From contig JAOBJV010000001.1 of the NCBI GenBank assembly GCA_025728385.1, positions 28,046 to 92,045 of the forward strand: a DNA stretch of 64,000 bases, read 5' to 3'. Both the position numbers and the translations under genes were made by a program. This DNA is from Candidatus Lightella neohaematopini. Lineage in GTDB: Bacteria; Pseudomonadota; Gammaproteobacteria; Enterobacterales; Enterobacteriaceae. Shown one piece after another: positions 46,502 to 57,227 of this stretch (the first letter of the stretch is position 1; each line of letters starts with the position of its first letter). The notes beneath the pieces were generated by a model that did not search any database, was not told the DNA's origin, and saw only the letters and a list, made by a program, of their open reading frames with translations.

Positions 46502-46850
46502 AAACTGAGTTAGTTAGACAGTCGCTATTTATATTAAAATAGAGGAAAGTCCGGACTCTTAGGGTAGAATGCCAGATAACATCTGGAAGATGAGAATCTT
46601 GAATAGTGCAACAGAAAATATACCGCTTTTTTACAAGTCAAAAAGTAAGGGTGAAATGGTGTTGGTAAGAGCACACCGTATAATTGGTAACAATTATAGC
46701 AATGTAAACTCCATTTAGAGCAAGGTCAAATTAGGCATAAGATATTACCCATATCACGCCAAGGTAGACCGCTTATGAATTATAATGTGAATTATAATCT
46801 AGATTAATGACTGTCCACGACAGAATCCGGCTTATGACTAACTCAATTTA
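46502..46850 (+). ncRNA. rnpB: RNase P RNA (type A)
   Basis: agacagtcgc...gaggaaagtccggactc...gccagataac...agtgcaacagaaa...taagggtgaaa.ggtg..gtaagagc.caccg...ggtaaca...gtaaactcca....gagcaagg.caaat...tagattaatgactgtccacgacagaatccggcttat matches the conserved bacterial RNase P core. The P1 helix is tgagttagt (46506-14) paired with actaactca (46837-45). Ends are +/- 4 nt. Confidence 0.93.
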
Positions 46851-47492
46851 TTCCTTTTTTAAGATTAATAAAACTATAATAACCAAACTAATAATAAAAA
46901 TTACTATTGGTATTATAGCTATTAATAAAGTAATTAAGTACTTTAATGATATATTTATTATTAAAGTATTTAATAAATAACCGATAAATATTAATATTGA
47001 TACCCAACAAAAAGCACTAAAAAAGTTAAATAATTGAAACAATTTATTATGTTGTATATTAGATAATCCTATTATCATTGGTAATATAGTACGAATAAAT
47101 ACTATAAATCTACCTATTAATAATGCTAATAAACCATATTTGTCAAGTATTTTATAAGCTTTTTTTTGATATTTCTCTGGTACAAATAAAAATTTATAAC
47201 TTATTAGTTTTTTATTTTTTAGCCATTTACCCTGTAAAAAACTAATCCAACTACCTAACCAAGCAGCTATAGTTAATAATATTAATACCAAAAATAAATT
47301 TATTATATTATTATAAGCTAACGTACCAGTTAACAATAATAAACTATCTCCTGGTAAAAAAGTAGTTATTAATATACCATTTTCCAAAAAAATAATAATA
47401 AAAAATATTAAGTAAATAATCCAATGATATTTATAATAAAATATAATGTATGAATATTTATGTAATACATAATAAATAAAATTTTTAATCAT
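46848..47492 (-). CDS. yqjA: DedA-family inner membrane protein (YqjA/YghB type)
   Basis: 214 aa. IIFLENGILITTFLPGDSLLLLTG, ...LLALLIGRFIVFIRTILPMIIGLS.... The symbol is assigned by family and neighbourhood (alx, ileX, rpoD) only. Confidence 0.75.
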   Translation of the reverse strand: MIKNFIYYVLHKYSYIIFYYKYHWIIYLIFFIIIFLENGILITTFLPGDSLLLLTGTLAYNNIINLFLVLILLTIAAWLGSWISFLQGKWLKNKKLISYKFLFVPEKYQKKAYKILDKYGLLALLIGRFIVFIRTILPMIIGLSNIQHNKLFQLFNFFSAFCWVSILIFIGYLLNTLIINISLKYLITLLIAIIPIVIFIISLVIIVLLILKKE

Positions 47493-47534
47493 ATAGTCTA
47501 ATAACTAGATATTACATTAATTACATTAAATATA

Positions 47535-48413
47535 TCATATTTTATTTATAAAAATACTGATTATTATGCTAATAACTAAAATAAATAGTATTGTCATTAA
47601 AGAAAATAAAGCTGACATATAAACATACTTCATTAATAAAATTTTTATACCAATAAAAATTAAAGTCATACTTAAACCATAATTTATATATAAAAAATAT
47701 TTAGATATGTATTCTAAAAAAAAATAAGTATTTCTCATACCTAACATAGCAAAAATATTAGATGTTAAAATAATTAATAAATCATTAGTTATAGAAAAAA
47801 TTACTGGAATACTATCACAAGTGAAAATAATATCACTTATTTCTATTGTAAGAAATACTATTAGTAATGGTGTTGCAAAAATAATACCCTGTTTTTTTAT
47901 AAAAAATTTCTTTCCGTATAATTTATTAGTTATACGTAAATTTTTATACAACCAATTCATTATACTATAATTAGTAATAGTTTGATTATTTTTAGGAACT
48001 AACATTTTTATTCCAGTAAATAAAATAAGTAATCCAAATAAATATAATATAAATTGATAATAATTAATTATCCACTGATTTACTATTATAATTAATACAC
48101 GTATTAAAACTGCACTAAATGCTCCTATACTTAATAGATAACGTTGTAAAAAATTAGGAATATTAAAATTTTTAAAAATAGTAAACCAAAAAAATAAATT
48201 ATCTATGGATAATAATTTTTCTAGTAAATAACTTACTAAAAACATTATAGCTTTTTTATTAGCTATGATTAATCCATGTGTATAAAAAAAATATACCCAT
48301 AATAATATATTAAATAGCAAAGCAGATGCTATCCAAAATAATAACCAAAATAAAAGTTTGGATAATGAATTCTTTTGATTTTTATTATTTAAAATTAGAC
48401 ATGTTTTGCACAT
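47535..48413 (-). CDS. alx: TerC-family integral membrane protein (Alx type)
   Basis: 292 aa polytopic protein. EKLLSIDNLFFWFTIF and ...EISDIIFTCDSIPVIF... are the paired TerC motifs. Confidence 0.78.
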   Translation of the reverse strand: MCKTCLILNNKNQKNSLSKLLFWLLFWIASALLFNILLWVYFFYTHGLIIANKKAIMFLVSYLLEKLLSIDNLFFWFTIFKNFNIPNFLQRYLLSIGAFSAVLIRVLIIIVNQWIINYYQFILYLFGLLILFTGIKMLVPKNNQTITNYSIMNWLYKNLRITNKLYGKKFFIKKQGIIFATPLLIVFLTIEISDIIFTCDSIPVIFSITNDLLIILTSNIFAMLGMRNTYFFLEYISKYFLYINYGLSMTLIFIGIKILLMKYVYMSALFSLMTILFILVISIIISIFINKI

Positions 48414-48539
48414 TAATATCTTAGTATTCTATTAAAGAAAATAAATTTATAATTTATACTAAAAACTTTAATTATATATATAAATATAGCAATTTACTTA
48501 TACTGAATAATAAAAATAATAAATTTTCTATTAATATAC

Positions 48540-48614
48540 TAGCCCCTGCTGGATTTGAACCAGCGACCTAGCGATTATGAGTCGCTTGCTCTAACCAATC
48601 TAAGCTAAGGGGCC
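48540..48614 (-). tRNA. ileX: tRNA-Ile2 (gene anticodon CAT, lysidine-modified)
   Basis: The reverse complement is ggccccttagcttagattggttagagcaagcgactcataatcgctaggtcgctggttcaaatccagcaggggcta, which closely matches E. coli ileX rather than elongator tRNA-Met. It lies just downstream of rpoD as in E. coli. No CCA is encoded. Confidence 0.82.
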
Positions 48615-48662
48615 ATAATAAGGTCTAAATATAAAACACTTTTTATAATTATTAAATTTTTA

Positions 48663-50471
48663 TTAGTCATCAAGGAAACTTTTTAGTATTTCTGATCTAC
48701 TAGGATGTCTTAGTTTACGTAATGCCTTAGCTTCAATCTGTCTAATTCTTTCTCTTGTTACATCAAACTGTTTACCAACTTCTTCTAAAGTATGATCAGT
48801 GTTCATATCAATACCAAATCTCATTCGTAGTACTTTAGCTTCTCTATCTGTTAAACTTGATAGTACATGATTTGTTGCTATACGTAAGCTTTCAGTAGTA
48901 GCTGAATCAATTGGTAATTCTAAAGATGTATCCTCAATAAAATCACCTAAATGAGAATCTTCTTCGTCACCTATAGGTGTTTCCATAGAAATTGGTTCTT
49001 TTGCGATTTTTAATACTTTACGAATTTTATCTTCTGACATAAACATACGTTTAGATAATTCTTCTGGAGTTGGTTCTCTACCTATTTCTTGTAACATTTG
49101 TCTAGATATACGATTTAATTTATTAATTGTTTCTATCATATGAACTGGAATGCGTATAGTTCTAGCTTGATCAGCAATAGATCTAGTAATGGCTTGTCTA
49201 ATCCACCAAGTAGCATAGGTAGAAAATTTATAACCTCTACGATACTCAAATTTATCAACTGCCTTCATTAATCCGATATTACCTTCTTGTATTAAATCCA
49301 AAAATTGTAATCCTCTATTAGTATATTTTTTAGCGATTGATATAACTAGTCTTAAATTAGCTTCTATCATTTCTTGTTTAGCTCTACGAGCTTTTGCTTC
49401 ACCTATTAATATTCTTCTATTAATATCTTTTATTTGTTTAATAGTTAAACCTGTCTCTTCTTCAATACTATTTAATTTATTTATACTATTACATATTTCT
49501 TTATCAACTTTATGTAACTTTTTTACCCATGGTTTATTCATAGATAAAACACTATCAAACCAACTATTATTAAATTCTACATTAGAAAATAAATGACTAA
49601 ATATTTTTTTTGGCATTTTACTTACTTTAACAAATAACTTAATAATTAATTGTTCTTGCATATTAATTTTGTCAATAATAGAACGCATATTATTAACTAA
49701 ATAATCAAATTGTTTTGGTACTAGCCTGAATTGCTTAAATATATCTGATAAATTCATTATTTCTTTAATTGAGTTAACATGATTACGTCCAAAATGTTTA
49801 ATAACATTTTTAGTAATTTTATACTGATTTTTTAACATTACAAATTTCTTATGAGCCAGTACTGGATCTATAATACTATCATCTACATTATCTTGAATAT
49901 AGTTATACTCATCTTCAATAACAATATTTTTTGATATAAGATCATTATCAACTAATTTTGCTGGTATTTGTTTATCAACACAATTAAAATCTATAAAACC
50001 AGTAATTAAATCAGATAATCTAACTTCTCCTGCTTTTACTTTATCATACTGCTCCAATAAATATGTAATTGCTTCTGGATATTCCGCTACTGTAGATTGT
50101 ACTTGATGAATACCATCTTCAATTCTTTTAGCAATATCAATTTCACCTTCTCTAGTTAATAATCCTACAGTACCCATTTCTCTCATATACATACGCATTG
50201 GATCATTAGTTTGACCAATTATATCTGGTTCATGATTATTAATTTGATTACTATTATCTATATTACAAGATTCTATTTGTGTTAATAAATTATCACTTGT
50301 TGATGGTTCTTCTATTATTTGAATACCCATATCATTTATCATTTGCATAATATCTGTAATTAATTCTGAATTAATTATGTTTTCAGGTAAATAATCATTA
50401 ATATCGGTAAAGGTTAAATATCCTTGTTCTTTACCACGTATAACTAATTGTTTAAATTGTAAGTGTTCCAT
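48663..50471 (-). CDS. rpoD: RNA polymerase sigma-70 factor RpoD
   Basis: The ORF track start is 50498. ATG at 50471 gives [21 protein letters not shown], aligned to the E. coli start. Regions 2-4 are highly conserved ([27 protein letters not shown]; [33 protein letters not shown]). Confidence 0.97.
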   Translation of the reverse strand: MEHLQFKQLVIRGKEQGYLTFTDINDYLPENIINSELITDIMQMINDMGIQIIEEPSTSDNLLTQIESCNIDNSNQINNHEPDIIGQTNDPMRMYMREMGTVGLLTREGEIDIAKRIEDGIHQVQSTVAEYPEAITYLLEQYDKVKAGEVRLSDLITGFIDFNCVDKQIPAKLVDNDLISKNIVIEDEYNYIQDNVDDSIIDPVLAHKKFVMLKNQYKITKNVIKHFGRNHVNSIKEIMNLSDIFKQFRLVPKQFDYLVNNMRSIIDKINMQEQLIIKLFVKVSKMPKKIFSHLFSNVEFNNSWFDSVLSMNKPWVKKLHKVDKEICNSINKLNSIEEETGLTIKQIKDINRRILIGEAKARRAKQEMIEANLRLVISIAKKYTNRGLQFLDLIQEGNIGLMKAVDKFEYRRGYKFSTYATWWIRQAITRSIADQARTIRIPVHMIETINKLNRISRQMLQEIGREPTPEELSKRMFMSEDKIRKVLKIAKEPISMETPIGDEEDSHLGDFIEDTSLELPIDSATTESLRIATNHVLSSLTDREAKVLRMRFGIDMNTDHTLEEVGKQFDVTRERIRQIEAKALRKLRHPSRSEILKSFLDD

Positions 50472-50587
50472 AAAATTAAATCCATAATATTTAAACACAA
50501 ATTTAATTAATTAATTATCAATTATTATAAATTATATTTATGATACAAATAATTTTTACTAAAATAAAGATAATTATAATAGTATTA

Positions 50588-52345
50588 TTATTTATGTTTT
50601 GCTAATTTTAAATTTAAAGACCATAATTCTAATCTTTCTTTATAATTTAGTTTACTTAGTCTATCACGATTAATAAGATCATTATATTTTTGTTCTATTA
50701 TAGAATAATGTAGTTTATCTAGCATTTCTATAAACGTATCTTCAATTAAATTATGTTTAATCATATGATTCCATACAGATAATTTTTCTAATTTTTCAAA
50801 AACATCACTATGTCTATAGCATTCTAATAATTGATTAGTAGATAAATTAGATTTAGCATTACATGTATTAACTAACATAACAAACAAAATTATGTCAGAA
50901 GAACTAGTATTACTTAATTCATCTAAATTCTTAACTAGAACGGATAATTTTGGTTTTTGTATTAATAAACTTGTTAAGATATTAATATAGTTGTATTTTA
51001 TTATATCTACTTTTAATAAAGTATTATCTTTATATTTTTTATAGTTAAATAATAATTTTTTTAAATAATTAAAATCCATAATACCAATTTTTTTACCTAG
51101 TTCGCATATTAAAGAAATACGTATTACTTCACCAGGTATTTTATTTATTAATAATAAAGCTGAATAAATTAGTTTAATACGTGAATTTATATTATTTAAA
51201 TCAAACTTAAATGATAAAACACGAAATAAAACTTCTAATAATGAATATGCTTGCTTAATTAATAATTTAAATTTTTTAGTACCTATTTTTCTAATTAGTG
51301 TATCTGGGTCAGTATCTTTAGGTAAAAAAATAAAACTTATTTGTCTATTATTTGTTAAATAAGGTAGGCTAGATTTTAGTGACTTCCACATAGCATAATA
51401 TCCAACTTTATCTCCATCATAACAATATATTATATGATTAGTATGATTATAAAGTATTTTAATTTGATTATTACTTATTGATGTTCCTAATATAGATACT
51501 ACATTTTCAATATTAAATTGTCTTAAAGTAATAACATCTATAAATCCTTCAACGATAATTAATTTATTTAATTTATATATACTTTTTTTTGCTTCGTATA
51601 AACCATATATGTTATCTTTTTTATGAAAAATAATATTATCATTAGAATTAATATACTTTGGATAAATATTATTATTAATAACTCTTCCTCCAAAAGCAAT
51701 TACTTGGCCATTTATATTTTTAATTGGAAAAATAATTCTATTGTAAAATTTATTATATAATTGTCCATATTTATTAATATTTAAAATACCTAGTTTAATT
51801 AATATAGATCTATCTTCTGCATTAAAGTTAAAATATTTATTAATTTCATGCCAATTAAATGGAGAAAATCCTATTTCAAAATATGAAATAACATAATTAT
51901 TTAATCCTCTAGATTTTAAAAAATTTATTGCATCTTTTGATACTTTATCACTCACTATTTTATGATAGTAACTATTAATTTTATTTATTATCTCATATAG
52001 TTTAATTCTCTTTTCTATTCTAGAAAATTTATTTTTATTATAATTTTCATATGGTATTTTTAAATTACATAAACTAGATAATTCTTCAATAGAACTAATA
52101 AAATCTAATTTATCATAATTCATTAAAAAATTTATAACATTTCCTCTAGCATTACAACCAAAGCAATAATAAAGTTGCTTTTCCTCATCTACTAAAAATG
52201 ATGGATTATTTTCTATATGAAATGGACAAAGAGAGAAAAAATTCTTTCCCTTCTTCTTTAAATTTACTCTTGTACTTATTACGTCAATTATATTAATTTG
52301 TGATAATAATTCATTTATAAAGAAGTTAGGTATATATTTATTCAT
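50588..52345 (-). CDS. dnaG: DNA primase
   Basis: 585 aa. Zinc ribbon CPFHIENNPSF....YYCFGCNARGN, Toprim EGFIDV, and ...YCYDGDKVG. The rpsU-dnaG-rpoD operon order is conserved. Confidence 0.95.
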   Translation of the reverse strand: MNKYIPNFFINELLSQINIIDVISTRVNLKKKGKNFFSLCPFHIENNPSFLVDEEKQLYYCFGCNARGNVINFLMNYDKLDFISSIEELSSLCNLKIPYENYNKNKFSRIEKRIKLYEIINKINSYYHKIVSDKVSKDAINFLKSRGLNNYVISYFEIGFSPFNWHEINKYFNFNAEDRSILIKLGILNINKYGQLYNKFYNRIIFPIKNINGQVIAFGGRVINNNIYPKYINSNDNIIFHKKDNIYGLYEAKKSIYKLNKLIIVEGFIDVITLRQFNIENVVSILGTSISNNQIKILYNHTNHIIYCYDGDKVGYYAMWKSLKSSLPYLTNNRQISFIFLPKDTDPDTLIRKIGTKKFKLLIKQAYSLLEVLFRVLSFKFDLNNINSRIKLIYSALLLINKIPGEVIRISLICELGKKIGIMDFNYLKKLLFNYKKYKDNTLLKVDIIKYNYINILTSLLIQKPKLSVLVKNLDELSNTSSSDIILFVMLVNTCNAKSNLSTNQLLECYRHSDVFEKLEKLSVWNHMIKHNLIEDTFIEMLDKLHYSIIEQKYNDLINRDRLSKLNYKERLELWSLNLKLAKHK

Positions 52346-52380
52346 TTAAAATAAACATTTTTATAAAAAAATTAAAACAG

Positions 52381-52602
52381 TTAATACTTACTAACTTTAT
52401 TAAATTTAGGATTTTCTCTTAATAATTTTTTTATATGTCTTTTTATTGCGGCTGCTTTTGCTCTTTTACGTTCAGATGTTGGTTTTTCATAAAATTCACG
52501 TCTGCGTACTTCTGCCAAAATACCAGCTTTTTCACAAGATCTTTTAAATCTTCTTAATGCAATATCAAATGGCTCATTATCACGAACTTTAATTACAGGC
52601 AT
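52381..52602 (-). CDS. rpsU: 30S ribosomal protein S21
   Basis: The ORF track starts at 52653. ATG at 52602 (after ggggataatatt) gives [47 protein letters not shown], near-identical to E. coli S21. Confidence 0.96.
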   Translation of the reverse strand: MPVIKVRDNEPFDIALRRFKRSCEKAGILAEVRRREFYEKPTSERKRAKAAAIKRHIKKLLRENPKFNKVSKY

Positions 52603-52739
52603 AATATTATCCCCAATATCAAAAAATATTTTATATAAAACCTTTAATAACACTAGAAATATGAAATATATTAATATAAAATAACTTAAGTTAACAATAA
52701 TTAAATAATAAATTATGTTATTTATTTACAGTAAGATAT

Positions 52740-53756
52740 ATGCGTATTTTAGGTATTGAGACGTCTTGCGATGAAACTGGTATAGCTATTTATGATAGTG
52801 AATTAGGTGTATTAACAAATAATGTATATAGTCAAATTAATACTCATAGTAAATATGGTGGGGTAGTTCCAGAATTAGCAGCACGTAGTCATAATGAAAA
52901 TATTATATCTTTAATAAAAGATGCTTTGCTAAAAACACATTCTTCTAAAAATAACATTAATGGAATAGCATATACAGCTGGACCAGGATTAGTTGGTTCA
53001 TTGTTAGTTGGAGCATCAATAGCTAAGTCACTATCTTATGCTTGGAATATTCCTGTTATTACAATAAATCATATGGAAGGTCACTTATTATCTCCGATGT
53101 TAAATAATAATAAGCTATCTTTTCCATTTTTAGCATTGTTAATTTCTGGGAAACATACTCAATTAATTAGAGCTAATGGTATTGGTAACTATAATTTATT
53201 AGGTGAATCGTTAGATGATGCTGTTGGCGAAGTATTTGATAAGATTGCAGTAGCTTTAGGATTAAAATATCCAGGTGGTTTATCATTATCAATGTTAGCT
53301 AATCATGGTTTTTCTAATAAATATATTTTTCCTAAACCATTAATTAATAAACCTAACTTAATGTTTAGCTTTTCTGGCTTGAAAACATCAGTGATTAATA
53401 CAATCTATAGTTTATCTAATATTAATTATCAAGACAAAGCTGATATAGCTAGATCTTTTGAAGACACAATAATAGAAATATTGGTAAATAAATGTGCTAA
53501 AGCAATACATTTAAGTAAACTAAAAAAATTAGTAATAGCTGGTGGTGTAAGTGCAAATAATAAGTTGAGATTTCATTTACATAGTATGATGAATAGAAAA
53601 CAAGGAATATTATTTTGTCCTAACAAAGAATTATGTACAGATAACGGTGTAATGATAGCTTATGCTGGATTATTACATTTAAAAAATGGTAAATATAATA
53701 ATTTAGAAACATCAATAAATCCTAATTGGCAGATATGCTCTATTAATTATAATTAA
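52740..53756 (+). CDS. tsaD: tRNA N6-adenosine threonylcarbamoyltransferase TsaD
   Basis: MRILGIETSCDETGIAIYD, ...HMEGHLLSPML..., and ...AGGVSAN..LR. It is divergent from rpsU as in E. coli. Confidence 0.96.
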   Translation: MRILGIETSCDETGIAIYDSELGVLTNNVYSQINTHSKYGGVVPELAARSHNENIISLIKDALLKTHSSKNNINGIAYTAGPGLVGSLLVGASIAKSLSYAWNIPVITINHMEGHLLSPMLNNNKLSFPFLALLISGKHTQLIRANGIGNYNLLGESLDDAVGEVFDKIAVALGLKYPGGLSLSMLANHGFSNKYIFPKPLINKPNLMFSFSGLKTSVINTIYSLSNINYQDKADIARSFEDTIIEILVNKCAKAIHLSKLKKLVIAGGVSANNKLRFHLHSMMNRKQGILFCPNKELCTDNGVMIAYAGLLHLKNGKYNNLETSINPNWQICSINYN

Positions 53757-53760
53757 ACTC

Positions 53761-54123
53761 ATGGATATAATTTATATAGAAAAATTAATAATAATAACTA
53801 AAATTGGTGTATATAATTGGGAAAAATTTAATTTACAAAAATTAATTATTGATTTAGAGATTAGTTATAATGGATCCTTAATAAGGTATGATAAATACAA
53901 TAAATGTTTTATAGATTATAAGATTATTAGTGAAGAAGTAATATTAATAACAAATAATAAACATTTTTATTTAGTAGAACAATTAGCAGAGTATATTACA
54001 CAACATTTAATAAAAAAATTTAATAATATATCTTATATAAAGATTAAAATTAGTAAACCAAATGCTATACCTAATGCATCAAATGTTAGTGTAATAATAA
54101 AAAGATATAATAAAAATAATTAG
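53761..54123 (+). CDS. folB: dihydroneopterin aldolase
   Basis: 120 aa. MDIIYIEKL.IITKIGVYNWEK...QKLIIDLE and ...IKISKPNAIPNASNVSVIIKR are collinear with E. coli FolB. Confidence 0.9.
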   Translation: MDIIYIEKLIIITKIGVYNWEKFNLQKLIIDLEISYNGSLIRYDKYNKCFIDYKIISEEVILITNNKHFYLVEQLAEYITQHLIKKFNNISYIKIKISKPNAIPNASNVSVIIKRYNKNN

Positions 54124-54131
54124 TTTTAGTT

Positions 54132-54953
54132 ATGGGAATAAACTATTTATTTTGTGAGATAAATTATAAAGAATATATTAGAATAATTATTTTAAGTATT
54201 GTTGAAGGCATAACTGAATTTTTACCAGTATCCTCTACTGGTCATATGATACTAGTTAGTAATTTATTAAATTTTAATAATAATAGAACAAAAATATTTG
54301 ATATTATAATACAGTTTAGTTCTGTTATTGTTGTGATATTTTTTTTTAAAACTACATTACTAAAAATAATTAAACAGATTATTAATAGATCTGATGATAA
54401 AAATATTAATTTTTTTACTAGTCATATTATAATATGTTTAATTCCTATTGGAATTTTAGGTTTATTTTTTCATAAAAAATTAGAGCAATTAAGTAATGTT
54501 AATAATATTATTTTATCATTATTATGGGGTAGTATTGCTTTAACTATTAGTGAATTTTTAAAATCTAATGAATTAAAAAAACGTATTAATTATTTGCAGG
54601 CTTTTATTATTGGTTGTATTCAATGTTTATCATTATTTCCTGGATTTTCAAGATTAGGAACTACTATTTTTAGTGGATCATTACTAAAAATTAATCGTTG
54701 TGTAATTATAGAATTTTCTTTTATAATGTCTATACCACTAATGTGTAGTACATCAATATTATCTATTATAGATAATATTGAATCACTAAAATTATCAGAT
54801 ATTCCAATATTAATAACTGGTATATTAACTACATCTATCATTTTAATGGTAATTGGTAAAAAATGTTTATTATTTATTAAATATAAATCATTAAAATTAA
54901 TTATAATATATAGACTTATAGTAATGACAATAATCTATTTTTATTTTAAATAA
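54132..54953 (+). CDS. uppP: undecaprenyl-diphosphate phosphatase
   Basis: 273 aa. VEGITEFLPVSSTGHMIL and FPGFSRLGTTI are the BacA/UppP signatures. Confidence 0.94.
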   Translation: MGINYLFCEINYKEYIRIIILSIVEGITEFLPVSSTGHMILVSNLLNFNNNRTKIFDIIIQFSSVIVVIFFFKTTLLKIIKQIINRSDDKNINFFTSHIIICLIPIGILGLFFHKKLEQLSNVNNIILSLLWGSIALTISEFLKSNELKKRINYLQAFIIGCIQCLSLFPGFSRLGTTIFSGSLLKINRCVIIEFSFIMSIPLMCSTSILSIIDNIESLKLSDIPILITGILTTSIILMVIGKKCLLFIKYKSLKLIIIYRLIVMTIIYFYFK

Positions 54954-54963
54954 TTAATTAATT

Positions 54964-56169
54964 CTATAAATTAATTTTCCATTTATTTAATAATAATAAG
55001 CGTCTTTTTTTTAATTCGTAACTAATATTTTTTCCTGTAAATCCATCCCTTATTACTACATTAGCTTTTAAATTTTTTACTATATGATAAGCATCAAGTA
55101 TTAAATCATACATATTCCACATATAGTTTTTAAATTTTATACAAACACTATAATTGGCTTTACTAACTAGTAAAATTTGGTTAATTCTATCTGTACAATC
55201 TTTAATACCCATACGATTAAACATATTTAATATATCATTAATATTTAGATTATTAATATTTATTAATGTACTGTAACAGTCGTTAATAATTTTAAGTAAA
55301 TTAAATAGTTTATTAGGTAATTTTAATCTTTTATGCATAAGATAAATTATATTTGTCTCTCTACTTTTAATTAGTGAATTATTTAATAACGGTAAATTAA
55401 AACATAAAGTAACAAAGCGTATATTAATATTATTCGACATTTTTACACTATTAGATAAAGCTAATAATGCATAATCGCCAGCATTTATAAAATTTTTACA
55501 TTTTAAAAAAATTTTTTTACTGAATAAGTTATATATTTCTGGAAATATAATATCTAGTACTTTACATTTTTTTAAAACAATAAAAAATATATGTGGATTT
55601 TTAGTTGATAAAGCTAATACAGTTTCTTTCCAAATTCTTTCTGGAGATAACATAAATAATTCTCTTTTCATTTGTTTCATAATATTTAATGTTTCTGGAG
55701 CAATAGTAAAATTTAAATGGGCAAATCTAGCAGCAAAACGAGCCACTCGTAACACTCTAAGTGGATCATCTTTAAATGATTCAGATACATGTCTAAGTAT
55801 ACGTAATTTAATATCTTTTCTTCCATTATATGGATCAATAATATTACCATCTTTATCTATTGCCATTGCGTTAATTGTTAAGTCACGTCTAAATAAATCT
55901 TCTTCAACAGTAATTAGTGGAGAAGTATAAAAATTAAAACCCTTATGTCCAAAACCAGTTTTTTTTTCTTTACGTGCTAATGCATATTCTTCCTTACTAT
56001 TTGGATGTATAAAAACAGGAAAATCTTTACCTACTTGATAGTATCCTTTAGATAATAAGTATTGAGGTGTTGCACCAATAATTAACCAATCTCTTTCTTT
56101 TACTGGTATGTTTAATAACATATCTCTTACTGCACCACCAACTAAATATTTTTTTGATTTTATAATCAT
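54964..56169 (-). CDS. cca: CCA-adding tRNA nucleotidyltransferase
   Basis: 401 aa. YLVGGAVRDMLL, ...RDLTINAMA..., and ...DPLRVLRVARFAARF.... An HD-like C-terminal part is present. Confidence 0.93.
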   Translation of the reverse strand: MIIKSKKYLVGGAVRDMLLNIPVKERDWLIIGATPQYLLSKGYYQVGKDFPVFIHPNSKEEYALARKEKKTGFGHKGFNFYTSPLITVEEDLFRRDLTINAMAIDKDGNIIDPYNGRKDIKLRILRHVSESFKDDPLRVLRVARFAARFAHLNFTIAPETLNIMKQMKRELFMLSPERIWKETVLALSTKNPHIFFIVLKKCKVLDIIFPEIYNLFSKKIFLKCKNFINAGDYALLALSNSVKMSNNINIRFVTLCFNLPLLNNSLIKSRETNIIYLMHKRLKLPNKLFNLLKIINDCYSTLININNLNINDILNMFNRMGIKDCTDRINQILLVSKANYSVCIKFKNYMWNMYDLILDAYHIVKNLKANVVIRDGFTGKNISYELKKRRLLLLNKWKINL

Positions 56170-56279
56170 AAATAATAAATTTTAATATATAATATTAATA
56201 GTAATAACTTATAACTTATAGTAAATTAAACACTGTAATAATTAAATTTATAAATATAATAGGATATATAAAAATTTTT

Positions 56280-57227
56280 ATGTTAAAACAAATTGTATCA
56301 AATTTTAATAATATTAGTATATTAGTTATTGGTGATATTATTTTAGATAGATATTATTATGGAATAAATATTGGTAATGCATCAGAATCACCAACACCAA
56401 TTATCAAAATAAATAATATTCAAGAAAAACCAGGTGGTGCCGCAAATGTCGCAATTAATATATCTAATTTAAAAGGTAATGTAAATATTATTAGTTTATC
56501 TGGTTATGATTATGCTACAAAATATATTAGAAATAAATTAGTCAATAGTAATATTAAATGTAATTTAATTAAGGTAAAAAATTACAATACCACTATAAAA
56601 TCTAGAATTATATCAGATAATAATCAAATAATAAGATTAGATTTAGAAAATAAAAATAATTATTTTCAATCACCAATAATGATTAAAAAAATTAAATCAA
56701 TTTTACCTAATGTAAATATGTTGGTATTATCAGATTATAATAAAGGTACATTATCATCAGTTCAAGAAATAATAAAGTTAGCGCGTAATCTTAATATTCC
56801 TATTATAGTTGATCCAAAAGGTAATAATTATGATAAATATAAAGGTGCTAATATATTAACACCAAATATTTATGAGTTCCAAAAAGCTATTGGTGCTATT
56901 TGTTATAGTAATGATGATATTGTATTTTATGGACTAAATGTTATTAAAAAATATGATTTGTCAGCTTTATTGATAACTCGTGATAAACATGGAGTTAGTT
57001 TAATACAACCAAATGATAATCCATTACACATTTTAGCAACACAAAATAAGAATATATATAATGTAGTTGGAGCAGGTGATGTAATTATTAGCATTCTAGC
57101 TCTTTTATTATCTAGTAATGTTAATATTAAAGATTCATGTGTATTATCTAATAAAGCTGCTGGTTTATTAGTTAGTAAAAATAATTATTTTAATATAGAA
57201 TTAGAAGATTTTATTAGTTTAATTTAA
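56280..57227 (+). CDS. hldE: D-glycero-beta-D-manno-heptose-7-phosphate kinase (HldE domain I only; adenylyltransferase domain absent)
   Basis: 315 aa. VIGDIILDRYYYG, EKPGGAANVAINISNL, LSDYNKGTL, ANILTPNIYEF, and GAGDVIIS are collinear with the ribokinase-like N-terminal domain of E. coli HldE. The ORF stops (...IELEDFISLI) about where the interdomain linker begins. Only 110 nt of AT-rich spacer follow. Confidence 0.88.
   Translation: MLKQIVSNFNNISILVIGDIILDRYYYGINIGNASESPTPIIKINNIQEKPGGAANVAINISNLKGNVNIISLSGYDYATKYIRNKLVNSNIKCNLIKVKNYNTTIKSRIISDNNQIIRLDLENKNNYFQSPIMIKKIKSILPNVNMLVLSDYNKGTLSSVQEIIKLARNLNIPIIVDPKGNNYDKYKGANILTPNIYEFQKAIGAICYSNDDIVFYGLNVIKKYDLSALLITRDKHGVSLIQPNDNPLHILATQNKNIYNVVGAGDVIISILALLLSSNVNIKDSCVLSNKAAGLLVSKNNYFNIELEDFISLI

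Noticed and set aside
48540-48614. CAT-anticodon tRNA as elongator tRNA-Met
   Set aside because: The acceptor stem, anticodon stem (gcgac/gtcgc context) and T arm match E. coli ileX rather than metT. The location downstream of rpoD is the ileX position, and tilS is present. Residual uncertainty is acknowledged.
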